A stretch of DNA of 64,000 nt from an uncultured Bacilli bacterium (lineage in GTDB: Bacteria; Bacillota_I; Bacilli_A; RF39; UBA660), in NCBI GenBank assembly GCA_934101175.1, contig CAKOQC010000002.1, positions 220,424-284,423 on the forward strand. The letters run 5' to 3'. This document shows positions 1 to 8,781 of this stretch, piece by piece. The position numbers and the translations under genes are program-made. The stretch's first letter is position 1. Each line of letters starts with the position of its first letter. The notes under the pieces were generated by a model, which saw nothing but the letters and a program-made list of their open reading frames with translations, did no database searches and was not told the DNA's origin.

Positions 1-881
1 TGATATTGATTACATTTATACTGAGAAAACTGATATATAAAATTATAAATATTAAACTTAGAAATTGGTTGTTGGTCTTATTGATATTTACTATTATTTG
101 TATATTGGCAACATTTTATTCAACATTTAAATATGGTTCATCTTCAATAGATAATTTTTTAGGCTTTTGTATTCTTTTGGTTATTTTGATATTTTTAGGT
201 TATTCTTTTATACAAGTTTATAAAAATAATCAATTAACAACTGAATATGATAATCTATTAACTTTTATTAAGAAATATGAAGCTGAAATAGATAAACAAA
301 GAACATTAAGACATGAGACTAAAAATCAATTTTTGATAATTAAATCAAAGATTATTGATAAAGAAAATGATAGTGCTATTATTGATTATATTGATGAACT
401 TCTTAATGATGGTAGAAAAGTTAAACATTCAGAATATGCAAAGTTAAAATATTTACCTTCTAATGGTATTAGAGGCTTGTTCTATTTCAAGTTAGCTTTA
501 GCTCAAGATAAAGGAATTAATATTAATGTAACTATTTCTGATAAGATGGAAAATAGTTTCTTAAAAGATATGGATGCTTCTAATTTTAATCAGATTGGTA
601 AAATATTAGGAGTATATTTAGATAATGCTATTGAGAGTGCTGATTTGGCGAAAGAGAAAACTATTGAAGTAGAGGTGTATGAAGAAGAGGATGCAGCAGT
701 ATTTATTATTTCTAATTCATATAATCCAAGTATTAAGAAGATAGGAAGATCTTCAAAAGGGGTAGGACATGGTTATGGTTTATTGTTAGCTAAAAGTATA
801 ATTAAAAATAATAAAAAGTTAATGGCTGAAACACAAGCATCAGAAGACCACTATATTAAAAAATTGACAATAAAAAAATAG
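1..881 (+). CDS. AgrC/ComD-type (HPK10) membrane sensor histidine kinase, probably 5'-truncated by the window edge
   Basis: The reading frame of ORF 6..881 stays open to position 1. Two hydrophobic helices (LLVLLIFTIICILATFY, FCILLVILIFLGYSFI). H-box 'LRHETKNQF', N-box 'YLDNAIES' and G-box 'GVGHGYGL' are typical of peptide-sensing GHKL kinases. Convergent with agrBD. Confidence 0.75.
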   Translation, partial: ILITFILRKLIYKIINIKLRNWLLVLLIFTIICILATFYSTFKYGSSSIDNFLGFCILLVILIFLGYSFIQVYKNNQLTTEYDNLLTFIKKYEAEIDKQRTLRHETKNQFLIIKSKIIDKENDSAIIDYIDELLNDGRKVKHSEYAKLKYLPSNGIRGLFYFKLALAQDKGININVTISDKMENSFLKDMDASNFNQIGKILGVYLDNAIESADLAKEKTIEVEVYEEEDAAVFIISNSYNPSIKKIGRSSKGVGHGYGLLLAKSIIKNNKKLMAETQASEDHYIKKLTIKK

Positions 882-911
882 TTAATCAAAACTATTTTTT
901 TATTTAGATGC

Positions 912-1034
912 TTATTTGTTTAGTAAACTCTTAGGCATTTTAGGTTCGTCGCAGATAAGCATACTGCATCCTTGAGTGCCTAATGTAGCAGCTAATGTAC
1001 CAAGAACCGCTAATAAACTAGAAAGATATTTCAT
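912..1034 (-). CDS. agrD: AgrD-like autoinducing-peptide precursor (40 aa), absent from the ORF track
   Basis: Minus-strand ATG at 1034 with AGGAGG 7 nt upstream; stop at 912-914. Translation: MKYLSSLLAVLGTLAATLGTQGCSMLICDEPKMPKSLLNK. It has a hydrophobic leader, a central Cys and an acidic 'DEPxxPKSL' tail, as in AgrD propeptides. It lies 23 nt downstream of agrB. Confidence 0.8.
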   Translation of the reverse strand: MKYLSSLLAVLGTLAATLGTQGCSMLICDEPKMPKSLLNK

Positions 1035-1057
1035 TATATTTCCTCCTTCCTTCCTTT

Positions 1058-1672
1058 TTATTCTTTTTGATTTATACCACCGTAAGTCTTATAGTTATTA
1101 TATGGAAGACCATACAACTTGTAAGTTACAGGTAATATCATTATAGTAGCTTCAATGAAGCCAATTAGCATAAAATTAGAAAGATAATTATCATGGAGAT
1201 ATATTATAAAGAAAGTTAAGATTGTACTAGTAATAATACTTAGTATTTTAAATCGCTTTCTTTTTTTAGCATTTATAAGTGGTCTTTTTTCAGTATCAGC
1301 AGGGGCGTATATTATTATTAAAATTAAACATATTATTGATAAGATTACTTTTATTGGAAAACTAATATTTAGATATAGGGCTAAGTATGGACCTCCAATA
1401 AATAATAGGAGTGAGGTTACTAAACAAGAGTTACTGTTTTTTGCATGTAAACCAAATGCAAAGAATCTTACAATATTATAGAATAAAATCATTAGAACAG
1501 TATATTTAAAGATATTTAGAATAATAGAAAGTAATAATATTACAATAATTTTTACAGTAGTTAAATATAAACCTTCTAGACCGTATTCAATTACTTCTAA
1601 TTCTTCTTCATTTAAATCAGGTTTATTCTTTTTGATGTTATTCATGAAAGTATTTAAAATTTTTTCCTTCAC
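1058..1672 (-). CDS. agrB: AgrB accessory gene regulator protein B (AgrD-processing membrane peptidase)
   Basis: About 200-aa polytopic membrane protein. The conserved 'FAFGLHAKNSNSCLVTS' segment carries the catalytic His and Cys typical of AgrB. It is directly followed by the agrD-like ORF. GTG start is uncertain. Confidence 0.8.
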   Translation of the reverse strand: MKEKILNTFMNNIKKNKPDLNEEELEVIEYGLEGLYLTTVKIIVILLLSIILNIFKYTVLMILFYNIVRFFAFGLHAKNSNSCLVTSLLLFIGGPYLALYLNISFPIKVILSIICLILIIIYAPADTEKRPLINAKKRKRFKILSIITSTILTFFIIYLHDNYLSNFMLIGFIEATIMILPVTYKLYGLPYNNYKTYGGINQKE

Positions 1673-1866
1673 TTCCTACTCACCGTGTTCATTGTAATAT
1701 ATAAAAGAGGTAATTTTTGACATGTAATTTCATTTAGATAAGAAAGGTGCATATTTACTTTTTTGTTTACTTTGAGTTAATTATTAAAAAAGATATTTTG
1801 TAAAATTAATTAAATTATTTGTATTAGATTATGATATTTGATATAATTGATTATGAGGTAGATAAT

Positions 1867-3684
1867 ATGTGTGGATTTGTAGGATTTATAGATAAAAAGA
1901 AGAGTAAAAAGAAAATAATTAAAGATATGGCAGATATTATTGCTCATAGAGGACCTGATAGTGATGGATATTATATAGGAGATGAATGTGCTCTTGGATT
2001 TAGAAGACTATCTATAATTGATTTAGATGGAGGAACACAGCCTATTTATAATGAAGATAATAATATGATAATTACCTTTAATGGAGAAATATATAACTAT
2101 AAAGAAATTAGAGAAAAGCTTATAAAGAAAGGTCATAAATTTAGGACAGAATCTGATACAGAAGTAATATTACATGGATATGAGGAGTATGGAGAAAAGA
2201 TACTTGATAAATTAAGAGGAATGTTTGCTTTTGTTATATATGATACTAAGAATAAGACTTTATTTGGAGCAAGAGATTTTTATGGTATTAAACCACTTTA
2301 TTATTATATAGATGATGAAGAATTTATGTTTGGATCAGAAATTAAAAGTTTTTTAGGTCATCCTGGATTTAAAAAAGAATTAAATAGAGATATGCTTAAG
2401 CAATATTTAACTTTTCAATATAGTGTAGGAGAAGATACATTTTTTAAGAATGTATATAAATTAAGACCAGGACATTATTTTAAATATCATGATGGTAAGT
2501 TAGATATTACAAAATATTATGAAATTAAAATAGAAAATGATGATAGTAAGAGCTTAGAAGAATGGAAAGATATTATTCGTAAAGAATTAAATGAATCAAT
2601 TAAATATCATAAAGTTAGTGATGTTGAAGTTGGTAGTTTCTTATCTTCAGGAGTAGATTCTTCAATAGTGGCTACACTTAGTGATGTAGATAAAACTTTT
2701 ACTGTAGGTTATGATAATAAAAAGTATAGTGAAATAGATTATGCTAAAGAACTTAGTGAAAAAATTAAAGTCAAGAATATAAGTAAGAAAATAAGTAGAG
2801 AAGAGTATTTTAAGAACTTTCCTAAGATACAATATTATATGGATGAACCATTGGCAGATCCTTCAGCAGTAGCATTATACTTTGTGGCTAATACAGCTAG
2901 TAAACATGTAAAAGTAGCTTTATCAGGAGAAGGGGCAGATGAAATATTTGGAGGATATAATATATATCATGAACCTTATTCAGTTAGTTGGTATAATAAA
3001 ATACCTTATCCAATTAGAAGAGGTATTGGAGTATTAGCATATCCTTTAAGAAATCATACAGGATTTAATTTCTTAGTTAGAAGAAGTAAGAAGTTAGAAG
3101 ATAGATATGTTGGTAATGCTTTTATATTTGAACCTGGGGATGCTAATAAGATACTTAGTTATACTGATAAACATGATTTTAGAGAATTAACTAAACCTTA
3201 TTATGATAAGATTAAAAATTATGATGATGTTGCTAAGATGCAATATATAGATTTTAATTTTTGGTTAATTGGGGATATATTGCTTAAAGCAGATAAAATG
3301 AGTATGGCTAATTCTTTAGAGGTAAGAGTACCATTTTTAGATAGACCTTTAGTTAATGAAGTAATTAATATACCTTCTAAATACAAGATAGTAGGTAATC
3401 AAACCAAGTATGCTTTTAGAGAGGTATGTAAAGAAGAGTTACCTGAAAAATGGGCTGATAAGAAGAAATTAGGATTTCCTGTTCCTATTAGAGAATGGAT
3501 TAAGGAAGAAGATATTTATAATAATATACGTAAGACATTTGAAGATGGTGGTGAATTCTTTAAGACAGATAGAATTATTAAATTACTAGATGATCACTGT
3601 AAGGGAAAACATGATAATAGTAGGAAGATATGGGCAATATATTCTTTCTTAATATGGTATCAAGAATATTTTATAAATAGATAA
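1867..3684 (+). CDS. asnB: Glutamine-hydrolysing asparagine synthase family amidotransferase (AsnB paralogue 1)
   Basis: Start moved to ATG 1867 so that Cys is residue 2 (MCGFVGF, the Ntn nucleophile); GAGGT SD upstream. Motifs 'RGPDSDG' and 'RRLSIIDL'; PP-loop 'SFLSSGVDSS'. Paralogue of 35893..37728. Confidence 0.9.
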   Translation: MCGFVGFIDKKKSKKKIIKDMADIIAHRGPDSDGYYIGDECALGFRRLSIIDLDGGTQPIYNEDNNMIITFNGEIYNYKEIREKLIKKGHKFRTESDTEVILHGYEEYGEKILDKLRGMFAFVIYDTKNKTLFGARDFYGIKPLYYYIDDEEFMFGSEIKSFLGHPGFKKELNRDMLKQYLTFQYSVGEDTFFKNVYKLRPGHYFKYHDGKLDITKYYEIKIENDDSKSLEEWKDIIRKELNESIKYHKVSDVEVGSFLSSGVDSSIVATLSDVDKTFTVGYDNKKYSEIDYAKELSEKIKVKNISKKISREEYFKNFPKIQYYMDEPLADPSAVALYFVANTASKHVKVALSGEGADEIFGGYNIYHEPYSVSWYNKIPYPIRRGIGVLAYPLRNHTGFNFLVRRSKKLEDRYVGNAFIFEPGDANKILSYTDKHDFRELTKPYYDKIKNYDDVAKMQYIDFNFWLIGDILLKADKMSMANSLEVRVPFLDRPLVNEVINIPSKYKIVGNQTKYAFREVCKEELPEKWADKKKLGFPVPIREWIKEEDIYNNIRKTFEDGGEFFKTDRIIKLLDDHCKGKHDNSRKIWAIYSFLIWYQEYFINR

Positions 3685-3691
3685 TGTTTAC

Positions 3692-3724
3692 GACTATTGA
3701 CAGTTTTTGTCGATAGTCTTTTAT
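3692..3724 (+). terminator. Rho-independent terminator after asnB paralogue 1
   Basis: 11-bp stem GACTATTGACA / TGTCGATAGTC (one G-U pair), 5-nt loop, then TTTTATT. Confidence 0.7.
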
Positions 3725-3913
3725 TATTTTACAGAGAAGGTGTATGTTTGTATACAAACAAATGTATTAGTTTATATTGACAAATATGATTAATTATGAT
3801 ATCATGTTAATATGAGATAGATAAGAGTGTTATAAGTCTTTTTAAATACTTGGGAATTCTTTACAAAGTGTTAGAAGGGTGTTATAATTTTATCATAAAG
3901 AGAGGATGTAAAG

Positions 3914-6154
3914 ATGGCTAAGAAGAAACAAAAAAAAGAAAAAGAAAAGTTTGAATATGGAAATGAAATAATTGGAGTTATTTTAATATTATTTTCAATT
4001 ATAGGAATGCTTGGATATGGAAGAGCAGGTAATTTTATTAGAAGTTTTGCCGTTTTTTTAGTAGGTGTGGCATATTTTCCTCTATTATTAATATTTTTGA
4101 TATTGGGTGTATATTTAATTGTTAAAAGAAATACTCCAAAGATGATATCTAGAACTTCTTTTGGTATATATTTAATTATTATAGCTTTACTTACATTACT
4201 TCATATGGAGTATACTAGTAAGGTTGAGGGAGTAAATGTTATAACAGAAACATTTAAAACAGTAATGTTATCATTTAAATCAATAGATGTAATTAAAAAT
4301 TGTGGTGGTGGAATGGCCGGTGCTATTTTATCTTATGTATTTAATTGGGCATTTGCTGATGGAGTAATTATTGTAATAATAACATTAGTTATTCTAGGAA
4401 TGATCTTAATACTTAATAAATCATTATTTGAAACAATATCTTCATTCTTTGCTAAAATTAAACCAAAGAGAGATAAAACTAAGAATAGTAGTATAAAGAT
4501 AGAACAAGAGGAGGAGAAGTCAGAAGAAATTCCTGATAAGAGAATAGTTATATCTTCAATAGATGAACTTACTAATAAAAAAGAAGAGAAGGAAGAAGTT
4601 GTTGATGAAGATATTCCTATTAAAAAGAATGATGATAAGAATAGTGATAATGCATTAATTAATGCGAATGTTAATAGAGAAGAACAAGAGGTTGTTAAAA
4701 ATACATCATATAAGTTGCCTTCAATTAATATGTTAAAGACAATTAAAAATATAAATAGTAAAGAGAATGAAATTAATGCTAAAAATAGTATTCAAAAACT
4801 AGAAGAAATACTTAAAGTATTTGAAATATCTGGAAAGATTGTACAAGTAAATATTGGTCCTACAGTTACACAATATGAACTTGATTTAAAGGCAGGTACT
4901 AAAGTTAATAAATTATTAGGTATTCAAAGAGAGATAGCTTTAGCAATGGCTGCTAAAGATGTGAGAATACAAGCACCAATACCTGGTAAGAACACTATTG
5001 GTATTGAACTTCCTAATAAAGTTAATGCTAGTGTATCTTTTAAAGAGGTACTTAGTAATATGCCAGAAGTTAATGAGAAGACTTTGCTTGCAGTAGGTCT
5101 TGGTAAAGATATTATGGGTAAAGTTAAATGGTGTGAAATTAATGCAACACCGCACTTGTTAGTAGCTGGATCTACTGGTAGTGGTAAATCAGTTTGTATT
5201 AACTGTATAATTGCTTCAATACTTATGAGAACTAAACCAGATCAAGTTAAATTAGTATTAGTCGATCCTAAGAAAGTTGAATTTTCTATGTATAATGGAG
5301 TACCACACTTACTTAGTCCAGTTGTTACTGATGCTAAGAAGGCTTCAATAGCTTTAAAAAATATTGTTGGAGAAATGGAACGTAGATATGAACTTTTAGA
5401 GCATACCAAGAATAAGAATATTACATCTTATAATAAGTTTTGTGAAACTCATACAGAGTATCAAAAGTTACCATATATCGTAGTTATTATAGATGAGTTG
5501 GCTGACTTGATGTTAGTAGCTGCTAAGGAAGTAGAAGACTCAATAATGCGTATTACACAGATGGCCAGAGCGGCAGGTATTCACTTGATTGTAGCTACAC
5601 AGAGACCTTCAACAGATATTATTACTGGTGTTGTTAAAGCAAATATTCCATCTAGAATTAGTTTTGCAGTATCTTCACAAATAGACTCTAGAACTATTTT
5701 GGATATGGGTGGTGCTGAAAAACTTCTTGGTAAAGGTGATATGTTATTCTTACCAATGGGAGAAAGTATTCCTATGAGAGTTCAAGGTGCTTATGTATCA
5801 GAAGAAGAATTGCAGAAATTAGTTGATTATACAATTAGTCAACAGAAAGCTGTTTATGATGAGACACTTACTATAGATAAAAGTGAGGAAAGTGGTAGTA
5901 AGAGTGTACCTGATGATGATGGATATGCTTCAGCAGAAGAATATGATGATCCAATATATAATGAAGTAGTAGACTTTGCTGTTAGTACAGGTAAAATAAG
6001 TGCTTCTTTAATTCAAAGAAAATTTAGATTAGGATATAATAGGGCTGCTAGAATTATAGATTTACTTGAAGAAAGAGGAATTATTGGACCTCAAAATGGT
6101 TCTAAACCAAGAGAAGTACTAGTTAAATTAGAAAAACCTTCAGATGATGAATAA
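3914..6154 (+). CDS. ftsK: DNA translocase FtsK/SpoIIIE
   Basis: N-terminal TM helices and an acidic linker. Single RecA-type motor with Walker A 'GSTGSGKSV' and Walker B 'VVIIDELADLM'. C-terminal gamma winged helix 'RKFRLGYNRAARIIDLLEERGIIGP'. Confidence 0.95.
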   Translation: MAKKKQKKEKEKFEYGNEIIGVILILFSIIGMLGYGRAGNFIRSFAVFLVGVAYFPLLLIFLILGVYLIVKRNTPKMISRTSFGIYLIIIALLTLLHMEYTSKVEGVNVITETFKTVMLSFKSIDVIKNCGGGMAGAILSYVFNWAFADGVIIVIITLVILGMILILNKSLFETISSFFAKIKPKRDKTKNSSIKIEQEEEKSEEIPDKRIVISSIDELTNKKEEKEEVVDEDIPIKKNDDKNSDNALINANVNREEQEVVKNTSYKLPSINMLKTIKNINSKENEINAKNSIQKLEEILKVFEISGKIVQVNIGPTVTQYELDLKAGTKVNKLLGIQREIALAMAAKDVRIQAPIPGKNTIGIELPNKVNASVSFKEVLSNMPEVNEKTLLAVGLGKDIMGKVKWCEINATPHLLVAGSTGSGKSVCINCIIASILMRTKPDQVKLVLVDPKKVEFSMYNGVPHLLSPVVTDAKKASIALKNIVGEMERRYELLEHTKNKNITSYNKFCETHTEYQKLPYIVVIIDELADLMLVAAKEVEDSIMRITQMARAAGIHLIVATQRPSTDIITGVVKANIPSRISFAVSSQIDSRTILDMGGAEKLLGKGDMLFLPMGESIPMRVQGAYVSEEELQKLVDYTISQQKAVYDETLTIDKSEESGSKSVPDDDGYASAEEYDDPIYNEVVDFAVSTGKISASLIQRKFRLGYNRAARIIDLLEERGIIGPQNGSKPREVLVKLEKPSDDE

Positions 6155-6189
6155 AAAAATATTGATGTTTGTTACATCAATATTTTTTT
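6155..6189. terminator. Bidirectional terminator between ftsK and the convergent hydrolase-LXG gene
   Basis: Stem AAAAATATTGATGT / ACATCAATATTTTT with loop TTGTT. An A-run on one side and a T-run on the other allow use on both strands. Confidence 0.7.
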
Positions 6190-6197
6190 GGGTTGTA

Positions 6198-8567
6198 TTA
6201 TACTTTATTATAGTAATTAGAGTATACATCATTAAAGTCTTCAATTGTATGACCACCATAATAGCTATCATTAAATATTACTTTTATGTTACCATTATCT
6301 TGTATTACTTTATCAAAACCATCAAGATTTTGATATTTTTCTACTATTTGATTATACATGGAGTCTGCTGTAGCTTTATCGTGAAAATCGTAATAAAATT
6401 CAACGCCATTAACGTTATCGTTTTCGTGACTGATAATTAATTTGCATTCGTTATTAACGTTGTATACATCTTGTTTGTCATTGGTTGTAATGTCATTATA
6501 TGCAGGAAATTCATTAACTTCAGTTTTTTCTTCAGTAACATTTTCTTCTTTAGTCTCTGTATTGCTTTTTAGTACATCACCAATTTCATTTACAGTAGTA
6601 TTTTCTTCTGTAGCATTTTCATTGGTATTGTTTGAATTGTTATTATATGAAGTATCGTTTAACTCTTCAGTATCTAGATTTCCTGTTTCGCCAACTGGAG
6701 TTTGAGGAATGTTGGCATTTGTGTCTTCGACTATGTCTGGTTGTTCTGCTTCAGTATCTCTTATGCCTTCGGCGGCTTCGTTATCAGCATCTTTTAATCC
6801 TTCTAATTGCTCTAAATAATTTTCAGCTTCTGTTATTACTTCGTTACATAATTTGATAGCTTTTTCTAATTGTGGAATTAGGGGGTTAGGTACTTTTACA
6901 TATGTAGCATTGCCATCTTTATCATATCCAGAAAATTCATCTACATATGCTGAAGCATTAGCTAGTGCTGTTTCTAATTCTTCTAATTGAGTTTTGAGAT
7001 TGGTTATTTCTTGTTTAACTTCTGGTATTTTAGAAGTATCTAATTCATCATATTGCATGTATTCAAGAAGTTTGTTATACGCATTAATCATACTATCAAT
7101 TAATTTACTGGCATAGTTTTGTTTATCTTGACATATTTCACTATATTCACTTACTTTATTTCTTACTTTATTCCAGGCTTCGCCTTCTAATTTAGAACTA
7201 GAGTCACTAATAAATTTATCTAGTTCACTTTGAATATCATATGTATCATTAATATCAGCCATTAAATTACTGATTAAAGCATTTCCGGTAGAAGCAGCTT
7301 CCATTAATTTTTCACGGCTTATTTTAATATCACCAGAAGTGTCAGAAAAAATATTTAATTCAGGGATATTTTGATAGAAGTTCTTATATGAACTTAAATC
7401 AACACTGTCAATGGCACTAAAATAGTCTCCAATAGAATTGGCTAAATCACTATCAAGATTACTCATAGATTCAGCTATTAACATGATATTTTGGTTAGTT
7501 GCACTAAGAGAACCTAGGAAGTTTTTGCTCATAGCAGAATAATTTGCGAAAGCTTCATTAGCAGCTGAAAACGTTTGTGATCCATCAGTGGGAATAGCTA
7601 CTTTATAATTTGATAGGAGATTAGTTTTCATAATGGCATTGTTAATTAATGATGTGTATTCTTCAACGAAGGCGTAATCAACAGATATGATATTACTCAT
7701 ATTTTCTTTGTCATGATTTTTTCCTTTGATAATTTCTTCTGTCTTTTCGTATGATGTATCTTTTTTTCCGGTACCATCATTAGTAAAGAATCGTAGTTTT
7801 TCTTTGAAATCTTCAGGAATATCCCCCTTACCAATTAGGTAATTAAAATAATTACCTTGAGTATATGGGTTATGACAGTTATTATCATGACTTCCGCCAT
7901 TATATTCTACCATTATATTATTTACGCCACCATTTTTACGGTATTCTTCCATGGTTTTAAAACAAGTTTTACCTTCTGAGTCGGCTAATCCAATTAGAGT
8001 AACATTGTTGTCAGCTAAAGCTTTGAATTGTTCATCTGTCGGACTTAGGGGCTTGCCACCTTGTTCAGTTTGCCATATTTGTTGCGATTCATTCCAAGCA
8101 CAAGTATTTATGTTGATTCCATAATCGTTTGTATTAGCGGCAATTGTAACATCAAGAGCTCTAGCGCCACCAACACTTACGCCGGCCGCAGTGATATTAT
8201 TCCAATCACCAGGAATATTTTTTGAAAAATCGGCTAAATCTTGACAAATTTTGTCTCCATAATAGCTGTTTACTTTAGGAACAATAATAATGGCATCAGT
8301 ATTATATTCGCCAGCGGCCATAATTGGAGTTGCTTGAATTTGTTCTTGTCCTGGAATGTATACAATTACTGGGGTATTATTGTCTATAACATCTGGAGTA
8401 TATATGTTATATGTAATATCGTTATCGCTAGAAGTTTTAACACAATTCCAATAATCTCCATATGGATGTTGGGTTTTAATACCATTTATTTCTCCAGTTT
8501 CAGCTACATTTAGGGAACGATTTAATTCATTTACATCAGTATTTTCTATATTTTCTGTATTCTCCAT
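6198..8567 (-). CDS. Alpha/beta-hydrolase + LXG-like helical domain + low-complexity linker + small C-terminal domain (polymorphic-effector-like, paralogue of 39417..41471)
   Basis: Start placed at ATG 8567 (AGGAGG 6 nt upstream). No signal peptide. Hydrolase signatures 'TPVIVYIPG', nucleophile elbow 'GVSVG' and 'GGSHDNN'. Helical segment 'SKLEGEAWNKVRNKVSEYSEICQDKQNYASKLIDSMINAYNKLLEYMQYDELDTSKIPEVK' resembles the LXG motif region. An Asn/Glu/Thr-rich linker is followed by about 105 aa of unrelated sequence. Confidence 0.6.
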   Translation of the reverse strand: MENTENIENTDVNELNRSLNVAETGEINGIKTQHPYGDYWNCVKTSSDNDITYNIYTPDVIDNNTPVIVYIPGQEQIQATPIMAAGEYNTDAIIIVPKVNSYYGDKICQDLADFSKNIPGDWNNITAAGVSVGGARALDVTIAANTNDYGININTCAWNESQQIWQTEQGGKPLSPTDEQFKALADNNVTLIGLADSEGKTCFKTMEEYRKNGGVNNIMVEYNGGSHDNNCHNPYTQGNYFNYLIGKGDIPEDFKEKLRFFTNDGTGKKDTSYEKTEEIIKGKNHDKENMSNIISVDYAFVEEYTSLINNAIMKTNLLSNYKVAIPTDGSQTFSAANEAFANYSAMSKNFLGSLSATNQNIMLIAESMSNLDSDLANSIGDYFSAIDSVDLSSYKNFYQNIPELNIFSDTSGDIKISREKLMEAASTGNALISNLMADINDTYDIQSELDKFISDSSSKLEGEAWNKVRNKVSEYSEICQDKQNYASKLIDSMINAYNKLLEYMQYDELDTSKIPEVKQEITNLKTQLEELETALANASAYVDEFSGYDKDGNATYVKVPNPLIPQLEKAIKLCNEVITEAENYLEQLEGLKDADNEAAEGIRDTEAEQPDIVEDTNANIPQTPVGETGNLDTEELNDTSYNNNSNNTNENATEENTTVNEIGDVLKSNTETKEENVTEEKTEVNEFPAYNDITTNDKQDVYNVNNECKLIISHENDNVNGVEFYYDFHDKATADSMYNQIVEKYQNLDGFDKVIQDNGNIKVIFNDSYYGGHTIEDFNDVYSNYYNKV

Positions 8568-8781
8568 ATAAGACCTCCTCATATTTTATTATAGGTAAAT
8601 TTTATCATATATTAGAGAATTTATCAATCATATTAAAAATATTTGTTGTTTGAAATTGAAAACGTATAAATATAGTATATTTTAAAATTATCTTGAATAT
8701 TATATTGTTTTATATATATTTAAATAAATTATTAGTAATTTTATAAAGGATGTGATACAATTATAGTAGGTGATTATTGAT

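Noticed and set aside
878-902. Weak 6-bp AT-rich hairpin between the kinase gene and agrD as a bidirectional terminator.
   Set aside because: The stem is too short and AT-rich to call confidently, so it is not listed as a feature.
1673-1866. Possible T-box or riboswitch leaders upstream of asnB (1673-1866), the NMT1-like ABC operon (45716-45799) and alr.
   Set aside because: The leaders are too short, under 200 nt. I could not recognise T-box (AGAGA/specifier/T-box sequence), TPP ('CUGAGA') or other riboswitch cores by eye. A covariance-model scan (Rfam/Infernal) would be needed to exclude them formally.
3746-3759. Perfect 14-bp palindrome GTTTGTATACAAAC upstream of ftsK as a possible operator.
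   Set aside because: It occurs only once in the window and matches no binding-site consensus I know (it is not a Firmicute LexA box, CGAAC-N4-GTTCG). Short AT-rich palindromes are expected by chance.
4940-5155. Short antisense or overlapping ORFs in the track: 4940..5155, 6144..6440, 6442..6705, 6632..6856, 8241..8513, 13758..13988, 15575..15814, 16966..17178, 26424..26606, 27500..27940, 33414..33611, 35797..35979, 37876..38109, 42666..42926, 43949..44149, 52739..52942, 52973..53266, 54934..55152.
   Set aside because: All lie inside, and mostly antisense to, long ORFs with clear domain content. They have low-complexity translations (Ile/Leu/Phe/Ser-rich), as expected from AT-rich shadow frames, and no SD sequences.
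3914-6154. FtsK-family ATPase next to the LXG-like gene as a possible T7SS EssC.
   Set aside because: It has a single motor domain, no FHA domains, four to five N-terminal TM helices and a C-terminal gamma (KOPS-binding-type) winged helix. This is a housekeeping FtsK/SpoIIIE, not a multi-ATPase EssC.
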